From the NCBI GenBank assembly GCA_009784615.1, contig WRBJ01000003.1, forward strand, positions 19,005 through 83,004: a stretch of 64,000 nucleotides of DNA, given 5' to 3'. A program made the translations under genes and the position numbers. Shown piece after piece: positions 1 through 9,979 of the stretch. The first letter of the stretch is position 1; each line of letters starts with the position of its first letter. The DNA comes from Defluviitaleaceae bacterium. GTDB lineage: Bacteria > Bacillota > Clostridia > Lachnospirales > WRAX01. The notes below the pieces were generated by a model, which ran no database searches, had not been told where the DNA came from, and worked only from the letters and a program-made list of their open reading frames with translations.

Positions 1-1
1 A

Positions 2-898
2 GAAGCAGGGCGTGCAGGGCGTGATGGTACACCGGCGAATTGTCTTTTGTTATATACTGGAAAAGATAGTAGTACGATACGATATTTTATTGAAGAAACA
101 GATGCTATGTCTACACTTGATTTTGTTACAAGGCAAGAGATAAAACGTCAAAACTTCAGACGTTTGGAGGAAATCGAAGGTCTTTGTTTGACAAAGGATT
201 GTTTGCGTGGGTATATTTTACGATATTTCGGTGAAAATCCACCCGAAAACTGCGGCAACTGTGCAAATTGTGGTGCAGAATTTGACGAAGCAGATATTAC
301 TATTGAAGCACAGAAAATTATCTCTTGCGTGGCACGTATGCGTGAGCGTTTTGGAATTAAAATGGTTGTTGAGGTGTTAATGGGTGTTAGTAACCAAAAA
401 ATACGTAATTTTGGACTAACAGAGCTATCTACGTTTGGAATTAGTCAATTATCTGCCATTAAATTAACTGAAATTGTCAACCATCTAATTTCAAAGGGGT
501 ATTTACGCAAGTCTGACGAACAATTTTCATTACTAAAATTAGGCAAAAATTATAAAGGCGCATTACAAAAAGACGCAAAAATAACTATGAAAACAAAAAG
601 CGAGATAGAAACAACCCACCATACTCCTGCTTCGTACTACGCCCAAGCAAAAAGAGAAACCGTAAACAAGGATGTTTTCGATGCCTTAAAAGCATTGCGC
701 CTACAAATTGCGACAGAAAATAGGTTACCTGCCTTTGTTGTTTTTTCTGACGCAACATTGGTAGATATGTGTAAAAAAATGCCGCAAAATATGGAGCAAA
801 TGCTTACAGTATCAGGCGTTGGTCAAGTAAAAGCCGAAAGATACGGCAAGGCATTTTTAGAGGTTATTCTACGTTTCGATGGACACACTAACAAATAA
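2..898 (+). CDS. recQ: ATP-dependent DNA helicase RecQ, C-terminal part (5' end lies outside the window)
   Basis: The frame is open from base 2 and begins EAGRAGRDG (helicase motif VI). A Cys-rich zinc module (CLRGY...CGNCANCG) and a C-terminal HRDC-like segment (LPAFVVFSDATL...VSGVGQVKAERYG) follow. Confidence 0.9.
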   Translation, partial: EAGRAGRDGTPANCLLLYTGKDSSTIRYFIEETDAMSTLDFVTRQEIKRQNFRRLEEIEGLCLTKDCLRGYILRYFGENPPENCGNCANCGAEFDEADITIEAQKIISCVARMRERFGIKMVVEVLMGVSNQKIRNFGLTELSTFGISQLSAIKLTEIVNHLISKGYLRKSDEQFSLLKLGKNYKGALQKDAKITMKTKSEIETTHHTPASYYAQAKRETVNKDVFDALKALRLQIATENRLPAFVVFSDATLVDMCKKMPQNMEQMLTVSGVGQVKAERYGKAFLEVILRFDGHTNK

Positions 899-909
899 AA
901 GGTGAAAAT

Positions 910-2097
910 ATGTTTAATTTCGACAATACTTATATAAAACTTCCGCAAATATTTTGGACGAAGCAAGAACCCGCCAAAAATCCAGATGTACGTATGGTCT
1001 TTTGGAACACTGCTTTAGCACAGGATTTAGGACTTTCGCCAGACCTATCGTCAGAGCCACGTATTTTTTCGGGCGATGTTTTGCCGAATGGTACAATGCC
1101 CATTTCTCAGGCTTATGCAGGCTTTCAATATGGGCGTTTTAACGTGCTTGGTGATGGCCGTGCGGTGCTTTTGGGCGAACATATAACACCCAACAATCGG
1201 CGTTTTGATGTGCAGTTAAAGGGTTCGGGGCAAACGGCGTTTTCCCGTGGTGCAGATGGTTTGGCGGCAATAGCCCCAATGCTTCGTGAGGTGCTTATCA
1301 GCGAATTTATGGCGGCAATCGGCATACCTGCCACACGCTCGCTTGCTGTCGTTACCACAGGCAAAACCGTTTTGCGTGAAAGACCCTTGCAAGGCGCAGT
1401 TCTTACCCGTATTGCCTCTAGCCATATACGTGTCGGCACATTCGATTTTGCCCGTCTTATAGGCTCAATCGACGATATTAAAGCCCTTGCCGATTATACA
1501 ATTTGGCGGCATTTTCCACATCTTATAAATGCCGACGAAAGCAATAAATACGTTCTTTTTCTGCGGGAAGTTGCCGATAAGCAAGCAAAGCTAATCGCCG
1601 CTTGGATGAACATAGGTTTTGTGCACGGCGTAATGAACACCGATAATATGGCAATTTCTGGCGAAACTATAGATTTTGGTCCTTGTGCTTTTATGGATAA
1701 ATACAATCCCAATGCTGTTTTTAGCTCCATTGACACACACGGGCGTTATGCTTACAAAAATCAACCAGCCATAGGTGCGTGGAATTTATCCCGTTTTTCC
1801 GAAGCATTGTTGCCGCTTTTGCATAACGATAAAGCAAAAGCGATAGAAATAGCGCATAATGAAATTGACTTATACGAAAAGCGTTTCCAAGTATATTGGC
1901 GGGAAGGTTTAGAAAATATCCCTTCGGTTTATCCACGCAACCACAATGTACAAGCCGCCTTGGATAATGCCGAAAATGGCGATTTTACGCTATTTAATAG
2001 TCTTTTAACCGCATTGCAAAATCCTTATCAATATTCACCCGAATTTTCGCCGCCTCCGAACGAAAACCGCCCATACGTAACATTCTGCGGAACATAG
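910..2097 (+). CDS. selO: Protein adenylyltransferase SelO (YdiU/UPF0061 family), compact form
   Basis: Family motifs GDGRAVLLGE, LKGSGQTAFSR.ADG, HGVMNTDNM and GETIDFGP are present. The C-terminus carries a penultimate Cys (TFCGT). Confidence 0.85.
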   Translation: MFNFDNTYIKLPQIFWTKQEPAKNPDVRMVFWNTALAQDLGLSPDLSSEPRIFSGDVLPNGTMPISQAYAGFQYGRFNVLGDGRAVLLGEHITPNNRRFDVQLKGSGQTAFSRGADGLAAIAPMLREVLISEFMAAIGIPATRSLAVVTTGKTVLRERPLQGAVLTRIASSHIRVGTFDFARLIGSIDDIKALADYTIWRHFPHLINADESNKYVLFLREVADKQAKLIAAWMNIGFVHGVMNTDNMAISGETIDFGPCAFMDKYNPNAVFSSIDTHGRYAYKNQPAIGAWNLSRFSEALLPLLHNDKAKAIEIAHNEIDLYEKRFQVYWREGLENIPSVYPRNHNVQAALDNAENGDFTLFNSLLTALQNPYQYSPEFSPPPNENRPYVTFCGT

Positions 2098-2133
2098 TAG
2101 ATGGTCACCAAAAGCAAAATAGCCTGTACATCG

Positions 2134-3948
2134 CTACAACTGCGGTCGCTTTACCCTAGGGCGAATTAGGCATTTCGGGTCGTGTCCAATCAAATCCTTG
2201 CGTCCCGCACGTATCAATGCTTCTTTTACAATATTATAATTCTGCGGCAAGCAATATTGCATTAATGCCCGCTGTGCAATTTTATCCCGCTTGCTCTTTG
2301 GAACAAAGATTTTTTCACCATTTCTTGGGTCGATGCCCGTGTAATACATACAGGTTGACAACGTGCCGGGCGTTGGGTAAAAATCCTGCACTTGTTCGGG
2401 TTTTAAGCCTGTGGATTGCAGATATTCCGCCAAAGTTATCGCATCTTCTAAGGTGCTGCCAGGATGACTTGAAATTAAGTATGGCACCAAATACTGCGTT
2501 TTGCCCAATTTTTCATTGGTTCGTTCAAATTTTTGAACGAACTTTTTATATACCTCAAAACTCGGTTTGCCCATTGCCGCCAAAACTCTATCAGATATAT
2601 GCTCGGGCGCAACCTTTAGCCGCCCGCTGATATGATGTTCGCAAAGCTCATTTAAAAACACATCACCCTTTGGGTCGTGCAACATATAATCATACCTTAT
2701 ACCACTGCGTATAAATACCTTTTTCACCTTTGGAATTTCACGCAAGGAACGTAGCAATTTAATATAATCTTTATGGTCGGTTTTTAAATTTGGGCAAGGC
2801 TTCGGTGCAAGACATTGCCGCTTGCAAGGTTTCGCTTCGTCTTGCCGCCAACGGTCGCAGGATGAACCTCGAAAATTAGCCGTAGGACCGCCAACATCGT
2901 GGATATATCCCTTAAAATCAACATCGTGCGTAAAGCCCGCCGCCTCGGCAATAATAGATTTATGGCTACGAACCTGCACCGCCCTGCCTTGATGGAAATG
3001 CAATGCACAAAAATTACAACTTCCAAAACAACCACGATTGCTAATAATGCTAAATTTTACTTCTTCTATAGCGGGAACACCGCCCGCTTTTTCATACATA
3101 TGGTGATAATTTCTTTCATATGGCAATGAATGTATCCTGTCCATCTCTGCCGTTGTCAACGGTTTTTGCGGCGGGTTTTGCACAACATATAAACCACCGT
3201 AATCTTCTACAAGAATTTTCGCTGTCAAACAATCTGTATTATGATATTGCAACATATAGCTTTTTGCATATTCTGCCTTGCTTTTGGCAGTCGCTTCTTT
3301 CACCGCTTTAAAGCTAGGCAAAATTATAGGCTCGTGTAGGTTTGAAATATCTTTTGTTCTATAAACAGTACCATCAATAAATGTTAAATCACCCACGGCA
3401 AGACCGCTTTCCAAAGCCTGCGCAATATCCACAATCTGTCGCTCACCCATACCATAAACCAGCAAATCTGCCGCAGAATCTAGCAAAATCGACCGACGCA
3501 CGGCATTATCCCAATAATCATAATGCGCCAAACGTCGCAAGCTAGCTTCAAGCCCGCCAATAACAATAGGCACATCCTTATATACCTCACGTATTTTATT
3601 ACAATAAACAATCGTCGCACGGTTAGGACGCAAGCCAAGCTCACCATTCGGTGAATATGCGTCAGTTTTACGCTTATGCAATGCCACCGAATAATGATTA
3701 ACCATAGAATCTATATTGCCACCCGTTACCAAAAAAGCTAACTTGGGACGACCAAACCGCTCAAAATCCGCCGTGTCCTTCCAATTAGGCTGTGCTAAAA
3801 CTGCCACTGTATAGCCATATAACTGCAACACGCGTCCAATTATCGCCGCTCCAAAAGAAGGATGGTCAACATAAGCATCCCCCGTAACCAGTACAAAATC
3901 AGGCTGTACACCATTTAATTCTTTTGCTGTAACTGGCAAAAATCCCAT
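2134..3948 (-). CDS. YgiQ-family radical SAM protein (UPF0313)
   Basis: The N-terminus MGFLPVT..EL....PDFVLVTGDAYVDHPSFG is typical of YgiQ. A radical SAM cluster motif CFGSCNFC is present; length 604 aa. Confidence 0.85.
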   Translation of the reverse strand: MGFLPVTAKELNGVQPDFVLVTGDAYVDHPSFGAAIIGRVLQLYGYTVAVLAQPNWKDTADFERFGRPKLAFLVTGGNIDSMVNHYSVALHKRKTDAYSPNGELGLRPNRATIVYCNKIREVYKDVPIVIGGLEASLRRLAHYDYWDNAVRRSILLDSAADLLVYGMGERQIVDIAQALESGLAVGDLTFIDGTVYRTKDISNLHEPIILPSFKAVKEATAKSKAEYAKSYMLQYHNTDCLTAKILVEDYGGLYVVQNPPQKPLTTAEMDRIHSLPYERNYHHMYEKAGGVPAIEEVKFSIISNRGCFGSCNFCALHFHQGRAVQVRSHKSIIAEAAGFTHDVDFKGYIHDVGGPTANFRGSSCDRWRQDEAKPCKRQCLAPKPCPNLKTDHKDYIKLLRSLREIPKVKKVFIRSGIRYDYMLHDPKGDVFLNELCEHHISGRLKVAPEHISDRVLAAMGKPSFEVYKKFVQKFERTNEKLGKTQYLVPYLISSHPGSTLEDAITLAEYLQSTGLKPEQVQDFYPTPGTLSTCMYYTGIDPRNGEKIFVPKSKRDKIAQRALMQYCLPQNYNIVKEALIRAGRKDLIGHDPKCLIRPRVKRPQL

Positions 3949-4008
3949 AATATCCCCTACTTTCTATCATCATAATAATACAAGTTCTTCACAAAGTCAA
4001 GCCCGCAT

Positions 4009-5076
4009 ATGATTTTGCAAGGGAGAGTGGATGTTTTGCGTGATTGGGCAAGAATAATAAAAACTGCCTGTATTTTTGCAGGTATGATTTTTGGGGCAGG
4101 TTTTGCTTCTGGGCAAGAGCATATGGTATTTTTTATCCGCCACGGTATTTGGGGTATTTTTGGCGTTGTGCTTGCTGGTATAGTGATGGCGTTATGTGGT
4201 TGGGCTGTGTTGGATATTTGTGTGCGAAATAAAATTGCAGATTACCGCTCGTTTATGGCACACGTTTTTGGAAAATGGCTTGGTGCAGTGCTTGACGTGG
4301 TTACTGCGCTATTTATTTTTGTGCTATTTTCGGCAATGCTTGCAGGCGCAGGGGCTTTGGGCGTTAGTTTGGGGTTACCCTTTACCGCAGGGGTTTTAAT
4401 TTTAGCGGCGGCGGCTTTTGTAGTGCTCTTATTTGATTTTAAAGGTATTGTTGAAGTTAATTTGTTCATTACCCCAATTTTAGTAATAGGTGCGGTAGGT
4501 TTAGGGTTATTAGCAATATTTACCAACACACAAACTGTAGGGGCAGCCTTTGATAGTCCGAACATACAATCTGCCGTTTTATCGTCAGGCATTTATTCAT
4601 CATATAATATGTTAACGGCAATAGCCGTACTGTCGGCAATGCCCACCGTGGTAAACAGCCGCAAAGTTGCAAAATACGGCGGCTTATTAGGAGGATTTTT
4701 GCTAATCTTAGTAGGTTTGGTTTTAGTTTTCGCCCTTTTCGTAAATCTTGATACTGTAAATCAAGCCGAGCTTCCAATGCTTGTATTGGCGCAAAATTTT
4801 TCGTCTACAACCTCAATCGCTTACACAATAATCTTGTTCCTAGCCATTTTCACAACTGCCGCCACAAATGGCTTCGCCCTAATCAGCTGGACAACAAGCC
4901 GCTTCAAAATAAAAAGCATTAAAACAAAATTAGCTCTGATTGTAGCAGGTATCGCCGTAGCACATTTCGGCTTTTCTGCAATGGTAAGTAACGCTTATAC
5001 ATTTTTTGGATTTTTAGGCTTATTTATTGTTGTTGCAATTATTGCAAAGTTTGTTCTAGGACGTGGCACAAGCTAG
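4009..5076 (+). CDS. YkvI-like polytopic membrane protein
   Basis: Multi-pass hydrophobic protein with an N-terminal GAGFASGQE motif typical of the YkvI family. The start codon is uncertain. Confidence 0.55.
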   Translation: MILQGRVDVLRDWARIIKTACIFAGMIFGAGFASGQEHMVFFIRHGIWGIFGVVLAGIVMALCGWAVLDICVRNKIADYRSFMAHVFGKWLGAVLDVVTALFIFVLFSAMLAGAGALGVSLGLPFTAGVLILAAAAFVVLLFDFKGIVEVNLFITPILVIGAVGLGLLAIFTNTQTVGAAFDSPNIQSAVLSSGIYSSYNMLTAIAVLSAMPTVVNSRKVAKYGGLLGGFLLILVGLVLVFALFVNLDTVNQAELPMLVLAQNFSSTTSIAYTIILFLAIFTTAATNGFALISWTTSRFKIKSIKTKLALIVAGIAVAHFGFSAMVSNAYTFFGFLGLFIVVAIIAKFVLGRGTS

Positions 5077-5117
5077 TAAAATAGTACAAATATTGTTTAA
5101 TTATTTGGAGGTTTGAA

Positions 5118-5759
5118 ATGAAAAGATTTATGATTTTGGCGGTAATTGCCGTTTCGCTAATTGTTTTTGCGGCTTGTGGAGCTATACAAGAACGAGTGGA
5201 CGCAAATGTATACGAACGCATACACAGACAGCTTTTGTCAATGGAAAATTTTATGGCACAAGCAACAGTTACATATATTTCCAATAATAATTCTCATACT
5301 TACGAAACCATTCAGCACGCCCTAGCTACAGGTGAATACCGCATAGAAGTAACAGGGCCTATCAATGTAGCGGGCAACACAACAATTTTCGACGGCACAA
5401 CCATATCACAGTTTAACCCAAGGCTTGACGGCCGAGTTTCGCAAACCACAACTGAAGCTCCCGAACGTGTCGAAATCCTTCTAACATCCTTTGTACGTAA
5501 TTTCATACGTATGACAGAAAGCACCGTAATGGCGGCAACCGTTGAAGATGCTACAACAACGGTGTTAGAAGCCACAATACCTGGCGACCATCCGTACCTT
5601 GCCACAAGCCGCCTTTGGGTAAGCAACGACACGCTACACCCTGTGCGTATGGTTATATCCGACACAAGCGGTACAGAGCGCATTATTATCGAATATATCG
5701 CTTTCGAGTATAATGTACAATCATCACCAGAATTTTTTATTCCGCCTAGTATAGAATAG
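5118..5759 (+). CDS. Putative lipoprotein
   Basis: Signal peptide with a lipobox (LIVFAAC-G). An RBS GGAGG lies upstream. No recognised catalytic motif. Confidence 0.5.
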   Translation: MKRFMILAVIAVSLIVFAACGAIQERVDANVYERIHRQLLSMENFMAQATVTYISNNNSHTYETIQHALATGEYRIEVTGPINVAGNTTIFDGTTISQFNPRLDGRVSQTTTEAPERVEILLTSFVRNFIRMTESTVMAATVEDATTTVLEATIPGDHPYLATSRLWVSNDTLHPVRMVISDTSGTERIIIEYIAFEYNVQSSPEFFIPPSIE

Positions 5760-5860
5760 TAAATTTATTCCATTTTTTTGCATATCGTGTATAATACGGT
5801 TTTTGCGTGATAATACTAGAAATACAGTATTATCAATGGAGTGTGAGAAAATTGAAAGCA

Positions 5861-6211
5861 ATGCCACCAATAAAAAGAGGCGATGTGTTTTATGCAGAGC
5901 TAGACCCAGTAATAGGTTCAGAACAGGGCGGCGTACGCCCAGTGCTTATCGTTCAAAACGACGTAGGCAACAAATACAGCCCAACAATAATTTGCGCCTG
6001 CATTACCAGCAAAATTAACAAGGCAAAACTGCCGACACATATAGAAATAGATTGTACAAAATACACGCTTGTAAAGGATTCTGTCGTGCTTTTAGAGCAA
6101 GTACGCACCGTGGACAAAAGCCGCTTGAAAGAAAAAATAGGTCATCTTGATGCCGAATTTATGGCTAGGGTCGATAGAGCATTAAAAGTCAGTTTCGGGC
6201 TACATAATTAA
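5861..6211 (+). CDS. mazF: MazF/EndoA (PemK family) type II toxin endoribonuclease
   Basis: The sequence [39 protein letters not shown]...KLPTHIEI is collinear with Bacillus EndoA/NdoA. An alternative in-frame TTG start lies at 5852. Confidence 0.85.
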   Translation: MPPIKRGDVFYAELDPVIGSEQGGVRPVLIVQNDVGNKYSPTIICACITSKINKAKLPTHIEIDCTKYTLVKDSVVLLEQVRTVDKSRLKEKIGHLDAEFMARVDRALKVSFGLHN

Positions 6212-6221
6212 TATCAAAAAA

Positions 6222-6249
6222 GTAGGGACACAGTATATTGTGTCCCTAC
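6222..6249. terminator. Bidirectional palindromic hairpin between mazF and metQ
   Basis: The hairpin GTAGGGACACAgtatatTGTGTCCCTAC is flanked by A-rich and T-rich runs, between convergent genes. Confidence 0.6.
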
Positions 6250-6255
6250 AATGTT

Positions 6256-7089
6256 TTATGGTCGGATAAGCGTGGGTATTATTCTACCTTGATACTGTTC
6301 GTAGATAAAGTCACGAATTTCTTCGGTGTCTAAAGCATCAATCAATGCAAGTATTCTTTCGTCGTTTTGATAGCCGTCACGCACCACAACATAGTTTGTA
6401 AAAAGCAAACGTGCATTAGGGTCGTGTTCCTCGCTTGCGCCTTCAATTGCAAGATGTGTAACGCCGCCCTGCAAAGCGACATTTCCGTTTATTACAGCAA
6501 AATCCACATCTTGCAACAAAGCAGGTAAAGTTTGTGCTACTACTGGACGAATACGCAAATTATGTGGGTTTTCTGCAATGCCAGTCGTGGCAGAAGCTGT
6601 AGAACGTGTAGCTTCATGCAAAGTAATCAATCCTAAAAATTCAAGCAATTGCAACGCACGGGCTTCATTTGTCGGGTCATCAGGAATAGCTATTTCTGCG
6701 CCATCGTGTAAGCCATCCAGGATAGCAACAAGCGAGTGCGACCTACCTATAAAAACACGAAGCGGCTCAAAATGTACGCCAAAAACCGGTACAAGCGTTG
6801 TGCCGTTATTCTCGTTAAAATTGTTCAAAAATGGACGATGTTGGAAAAAGTTTGCATCCAAACTGCCGTCGTTTAAAGCGTGATTAGGCGTGGTAAAATC
6901 ACTAAGCTCCTCGATTTGAAGCGAAAAACCTCTATCCGCAATAGCATCCACCACTTGTTCTAAAATCTCATAATGAGGCACAGCCGTAGCCCCAATAACA
7001 AGCGTATTTTCATCATTACGCCCACCGCAAGCCGCAAATACCAACAAAGTCACCACAGCAACAACCGCTACACCAAATAACTTTTTCAT
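6256..7089 (-). CDS. metQ: MetQ/NlpA-family methionine ABC transporter substrate-binding lipoprotein
   Basis: Lipobox VFAAC-G is present. The NlpA-family motif DANFFQH and overall collinearity with MetQ support the call. Confidence 0.85.
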   Translation of the reverse strand: MKKLFGVAVVAVVTLLVFAACGGRNDENTLVIGATAVPHYEILEQVVDAIADRGFSLQIEELSDFTTPNHALNDGSLDANFFQHRPFLNNFNENNGTTLVPVFGVHFEPLRVFIGRSHSLVAILDGLHDGAEIAIPDDPTNEARALQLLEFLGLITLHEATRSTASATTGIAENPHNLRIRPVVAQTLPALLQDVDFAVINGNVALQGGVTHLAIEGASEEHDPNARLLFTNYVVVRDGYQNDERILALIDALDTEEIRDFIYEQYQGRIIPTLIRP

Positions 7090-7113
7090 AATACATCCTC
7101 CTTTAATTTTGCA

Positions 7114-7857
7114 TTAAACAATGCGTTTATCTATTTTAGCCGCTATGCGATTAAAAACAAATTGGATAATAGTTACAATAATTATAATTATTATAATTGT
7201 AATAAGCATAACATCAGTGCGAAAACGCATATGCCCATAGCGCATCGCAAGGCTTCCCAAACCACCGGCGGCAACCGCCCCGGCCATTGCCGAAAACGAA
7301 ATTACCATTATAGTAACGATAGAAAAACCACGCACCAGCGATGGTATAGACTCTGGCAGCATCACTTTGCTGATGATTTGGAAATTGGTTGCACCCATTG
7401 ATTTTGCAGCATCTATTACACCAGTGTCAATCTCCCGTATAGCCGTTTCCACCATTCGAGCAATAAACGGCGCAGAAGCAATAACCAACGACACAATGGC
7501 GGCTGTCGTACCCACTGATGTCCCGACAATCGCACGGGTTAGCGGGAACAAAAACACCAATAAAATTATGTAAGGTATAGAGCGGAAGGTATTGATAACA
7601 AACGCCAAAACCCCGTGTATTGGACGATTAGGAAACAGCCCACCTTTGTCAAGACATACAAGCAAAATACCTAGTGGCAAACCTATCATATACGCTATTG
7701 TTACCGTAGCAAATGTCATATAAAGCGTTTCAAGCAAGGCTTGCCACAACACAGGTCGAAACTCCAAAAACACCGCCCAATATACCGTCAAATGCTGGGC
7801 AAAAAAACCTATCTCTGGCACAACTTCAACAGTCGGTTCTATATATTCACTATACAT
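7114..7857 (-). CDS. metI: Methionine ABC transporter permease
   Basis: MetI-like binding-protein-dependent permease with an EAA-type loop (IDAAKSMGATNFQII). It lies between metN and metQ. Confidence 0.85.
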   Translation of the reverse strand: MYSEYIEPTVEVVPEIGFFAQHLTVYWAVFLEFRPVLWQALLETLYMTFATVTIAYMIGLPLGILLVCLDKGGLFPNRPIHGVLAFVINTFRSIPYIILLVFLFPLTRAIVGTSVGTTAAIVSLVIASAPFIARMVETAIREIDTGVIDAAKSMGATNFQIISKVMLPESIPSLVRGFSIVTIMVISFSAMAGAVAAGGLGSLAMRYGHMRFRTDVMLITIIIIIIIVTIIQFVFNRIAAKIDKRIV

Positions 7858-7868
7858 CGCCCTTCCTC

Positions 7869-8606
7869 CTAAACATTAAAATCCAACAATAGCTGTGTTG
7901 CGGGATGTTTTGGATTTTCCAACACCTGTGCCGTATTGCCCATTTCTGCCACACGTCCAATATCCAACACAACAGTACGTGTACAAATCGCTTTTATAAC
8001 CTGCATATCGTGAGTGATAATCACAATAGTCATCCCCAACTTTGCATTAATATCCCGTAAAAGCCCCAAAATCTCCTTGCTTGTGCAAGTGTCCAATGCG
8101 GATGTCGGCTCATCACAAAGCAATATTTGAGGTTCGGTAGCTAACGCACGGGCTATTGCTACACGTTGCATTTGCCCGCCCGAAAGGCTTGCGGGGTATG
8201 CGTTTAACTTATCACCAAGCCCTACCAATTCCGCCAATTCCGCACATCTTCGCCCCATCTCTTGTTTAGTATAACGTGGATTTCGGCGTAGCTCCATTGG
8301 AAAAGCGATGTTTTTTGCAACCGAGCGTTGCATTAACAAGTTATAACCTTGAAAAACCGTACCAATATTGCGTTTTATAACATTTGCTTGCGAGCCTTTA
8401 ACATTGCTAACATCAGAACCCAGCATACATATCGTGCCGCTTGTAGGTTGCTCTAGCAACCCAATAATTTTTAACATTGTAGATTTGCCCGCCCCGCTAC
8501 GCCCGACAATACCAAAAATATCACCTTTTTCTATATTAAGCGACACATCATCCAAGGCCTTTTCGCCCGTAGCAAAAACTTTCGACACATTTTCCAGCTT
8601 TATCAC
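7869..8606 (-). CDS. metN: Methionine ABC transporter ATP-binding protein, short form without a C-terminal NIL domain
   Basis: Walker A GRSGAGKST, signature LSGGQMQR and Walker B ILLCDEPTSALD are present. The protein is only 245 aa. Confidence 0.85.
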   Translation of the reverse strand: MIKLENVSKVFATGEKALDDVSLNIEKGDIFGIVGRSGAGKSTMLKIIGLLEQPTSGTICMLGSDVSNVKGSQANVIKRNIGTVFQGYNLLMQRSVAKNIAFPMELRRNPRYTKQEMGRRCAELAELVGLGDKLNAYPASLSGGQMQRVAIARALATEPQILLCDEPTSALDTCTSKEILGLLRDINAKLGMTIVIITHDMQVIKAICTRTVVLDIGRVAEMGNTAQVLENPKHPATQLLLDFNV

Positions 8607-8623
8607 AAAACCACCTCTTTCAT

Positions 8624-8933
8624 TAAAAAATCCCTAGAAAGCGCAAAAACACGCTTTCTAGGGACGAGAATTTTCCCGTGGTACCACCCTAGTTCATCAA
8701 GACATTGCTGTTCTTGACCTCATCGAATGCGCCGTAAAACGGTTACATCCTATCGCTATAACGTGCGAACACGTGAAACACTAACCTACATAGGCTCGCA
8801 TCCCAAAAGCTCCCAGACCATATTCAGCAAACTGCCAAGTTTTCCCTCTCAGCCAAGCGATGATAAACCGCTTGGGGAAATTCTCTGTAACCTACATTTT
8901 CCGCTTACTCATCCGTTCACAGCCATATTATTT
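8624..8933 (-). promoter_or_regulatory. T-box leader upstream of metNIQ
   Basis: The minus strand carries AACTAGGGTGGTACCACGGG (the T-box sequence). A terminator follows: CCCTAGAAAGCG...CGCTTTCTAGGG plus a U-run (8624-8663). An upstream AGAGA element and the promoter TTGACA-16-TATAAT (8940-8967) are also present. Confidence 0.75.
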
Positions 8934-9201
8934 CTATCTATTATACAGCAAAATTTTATTTTGTCAACACTTTTTTTAGTTTTCATTTAAAAATTCATCA
9001 ATGCATCTAATGCGAGCCTCTAACCAAACTGTCAAATCACCCATAATTTCCTAAATCTCAAAATAACGTTCAAAATTTATTCGATAATGGTTTGCCATAT
9101 ATCGAATTACGGTCAAGTATAATTGCACACAAGATACGAACAAGCCCTAGGAAAATTCCTAAGGCTTGTTCGTGATAATAATTTTGCTAACCTGCACATT
9201 A

Positions 9202-9897
9202 TCAGCTAATTTTTGCAGGGTTAATTTTAATACCAGGTCCCATTGTGCTTGCAATCGTTACACTGCGCAAATATTGACCTTTAGCGGCAGATGGCTTTGC
9301 TTTAACAATAGCACCAAGCAACGCATTAAAGTTTTCTTCAAGTTTTTCCACACCAAACGATACTTTGCCCATTGGCACGTGGATAATATTTGTTTTATCA
9401 AGTCTAAATTCAACTTTACCCGCTTTAATCTCTGTAATAGCTTTTGCTACATCGTTTGTAACTGTGCCAGCTTTTGGGTTAGGCATAAGACCTTTTGGAC
9501 CAAGCACTTTACCCAAGCGACCCACAACACCCATCATATCTGGGGTTGCAACTATAATGTCATATTCAAACCAGTTTTCATTTTGTATGCGAGGTATAAG
9601 CTCTTCAGCACCAACAAAATCCGCACCTGCTTCTTCCGCTTCTTTTGCTTTATCGCCTTTAGCAAAAACCAAAATACGTTGGGTTTTACCCGTGCCGTGC
9701 GGCAAAACAATTGTGCTACGTACTTGTTGGTCAGCATGACGGCTGTCAACACCCAATTTTACGTGTACTTCAACAGTTTCATCAAATTTGGCAAAGCTGG
9801 TTTTTGCAACAAGCTCCACAGCCTCGTGAATATCGTGCAATACATCTTTATTAATCTGTTCCGCAGCATTGCGGTATTTTTTACCTTTTTTAGGCAT
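9202..9897 (-). CDS. rplA: 50S ribosomal protein L1
   Basis: Full-length L1 of 231 aa (MPKKGKKYR...[11 protein letters not shown]...VATPDMMG). Confidence 0.95.
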   Translation of the reverse strand: MPKKGKKYRNAAEQINKDVLHDIHEAVELVAKTSFAKFDETVEVHVKLGVDSRHADQQVRSTIVLPHGTGKTQRILVFAKGDKAKEAEEAGADFVGAEELIPRIQNENWFEYDIIVATPDMMGVVGRLGKVLGPKGLMPNPKAGTVTNDVAKAITEIKAGKVEFRLDKTNIIHVPMGKVSFGVEKLEENFNALLGAIVKAKPSAAKGQYLRSVTIASTMGPGIKINPAKIS

Positions 9898-9904
9898 TTT
9901 AAAT

Positions 9905-9941
9905 CCTCCTTGTGGTAATGGCGGGAAAAAATCCCTCCCAC
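9905..9941 (-). promoter_or_regulatory. Candidate L1-binding leader hairpin overlapping the rplA RBS (copy B)
   Basis: The minus-strand RNA reads GUGGGAGGGAUUUUUUCCCGCCAUUACCAC, immediately 5' of GGAGG-ATG. It is nearly identical to the element upstream of rplK. Confidence 0.5.
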
Positions 9942-9979
9942 GTAATTATTCTCATTGCGAACTATGCCCGCAATCTTTA

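Noticed and set aside
8624-8933. A SAM (S-box) riboswitch upstream of metNIQ.
   Set aside because: The leader carries the T-box core AGGGTGGTACCAC plus an overlapping terminator. I could not find the S-box four-way junction consensus.
9166-9918. 250-aa plus-strand ORF opposite rplA. Similar long antisense ORFs lie at 10702-11100, 11271-11828, 33646-34897, 49872-50675, 56124-56795 and 59152-59703.
   Set aside because: Each lies entirely antisense to a gene with unmistakable family motifs (L1, L11, NusG, tail protein, PilC, histidine kinase, HD-GYP). They lack an RBS and have skewed, Cys/Phe/Asn-rich composition typical of shadow ORFs.
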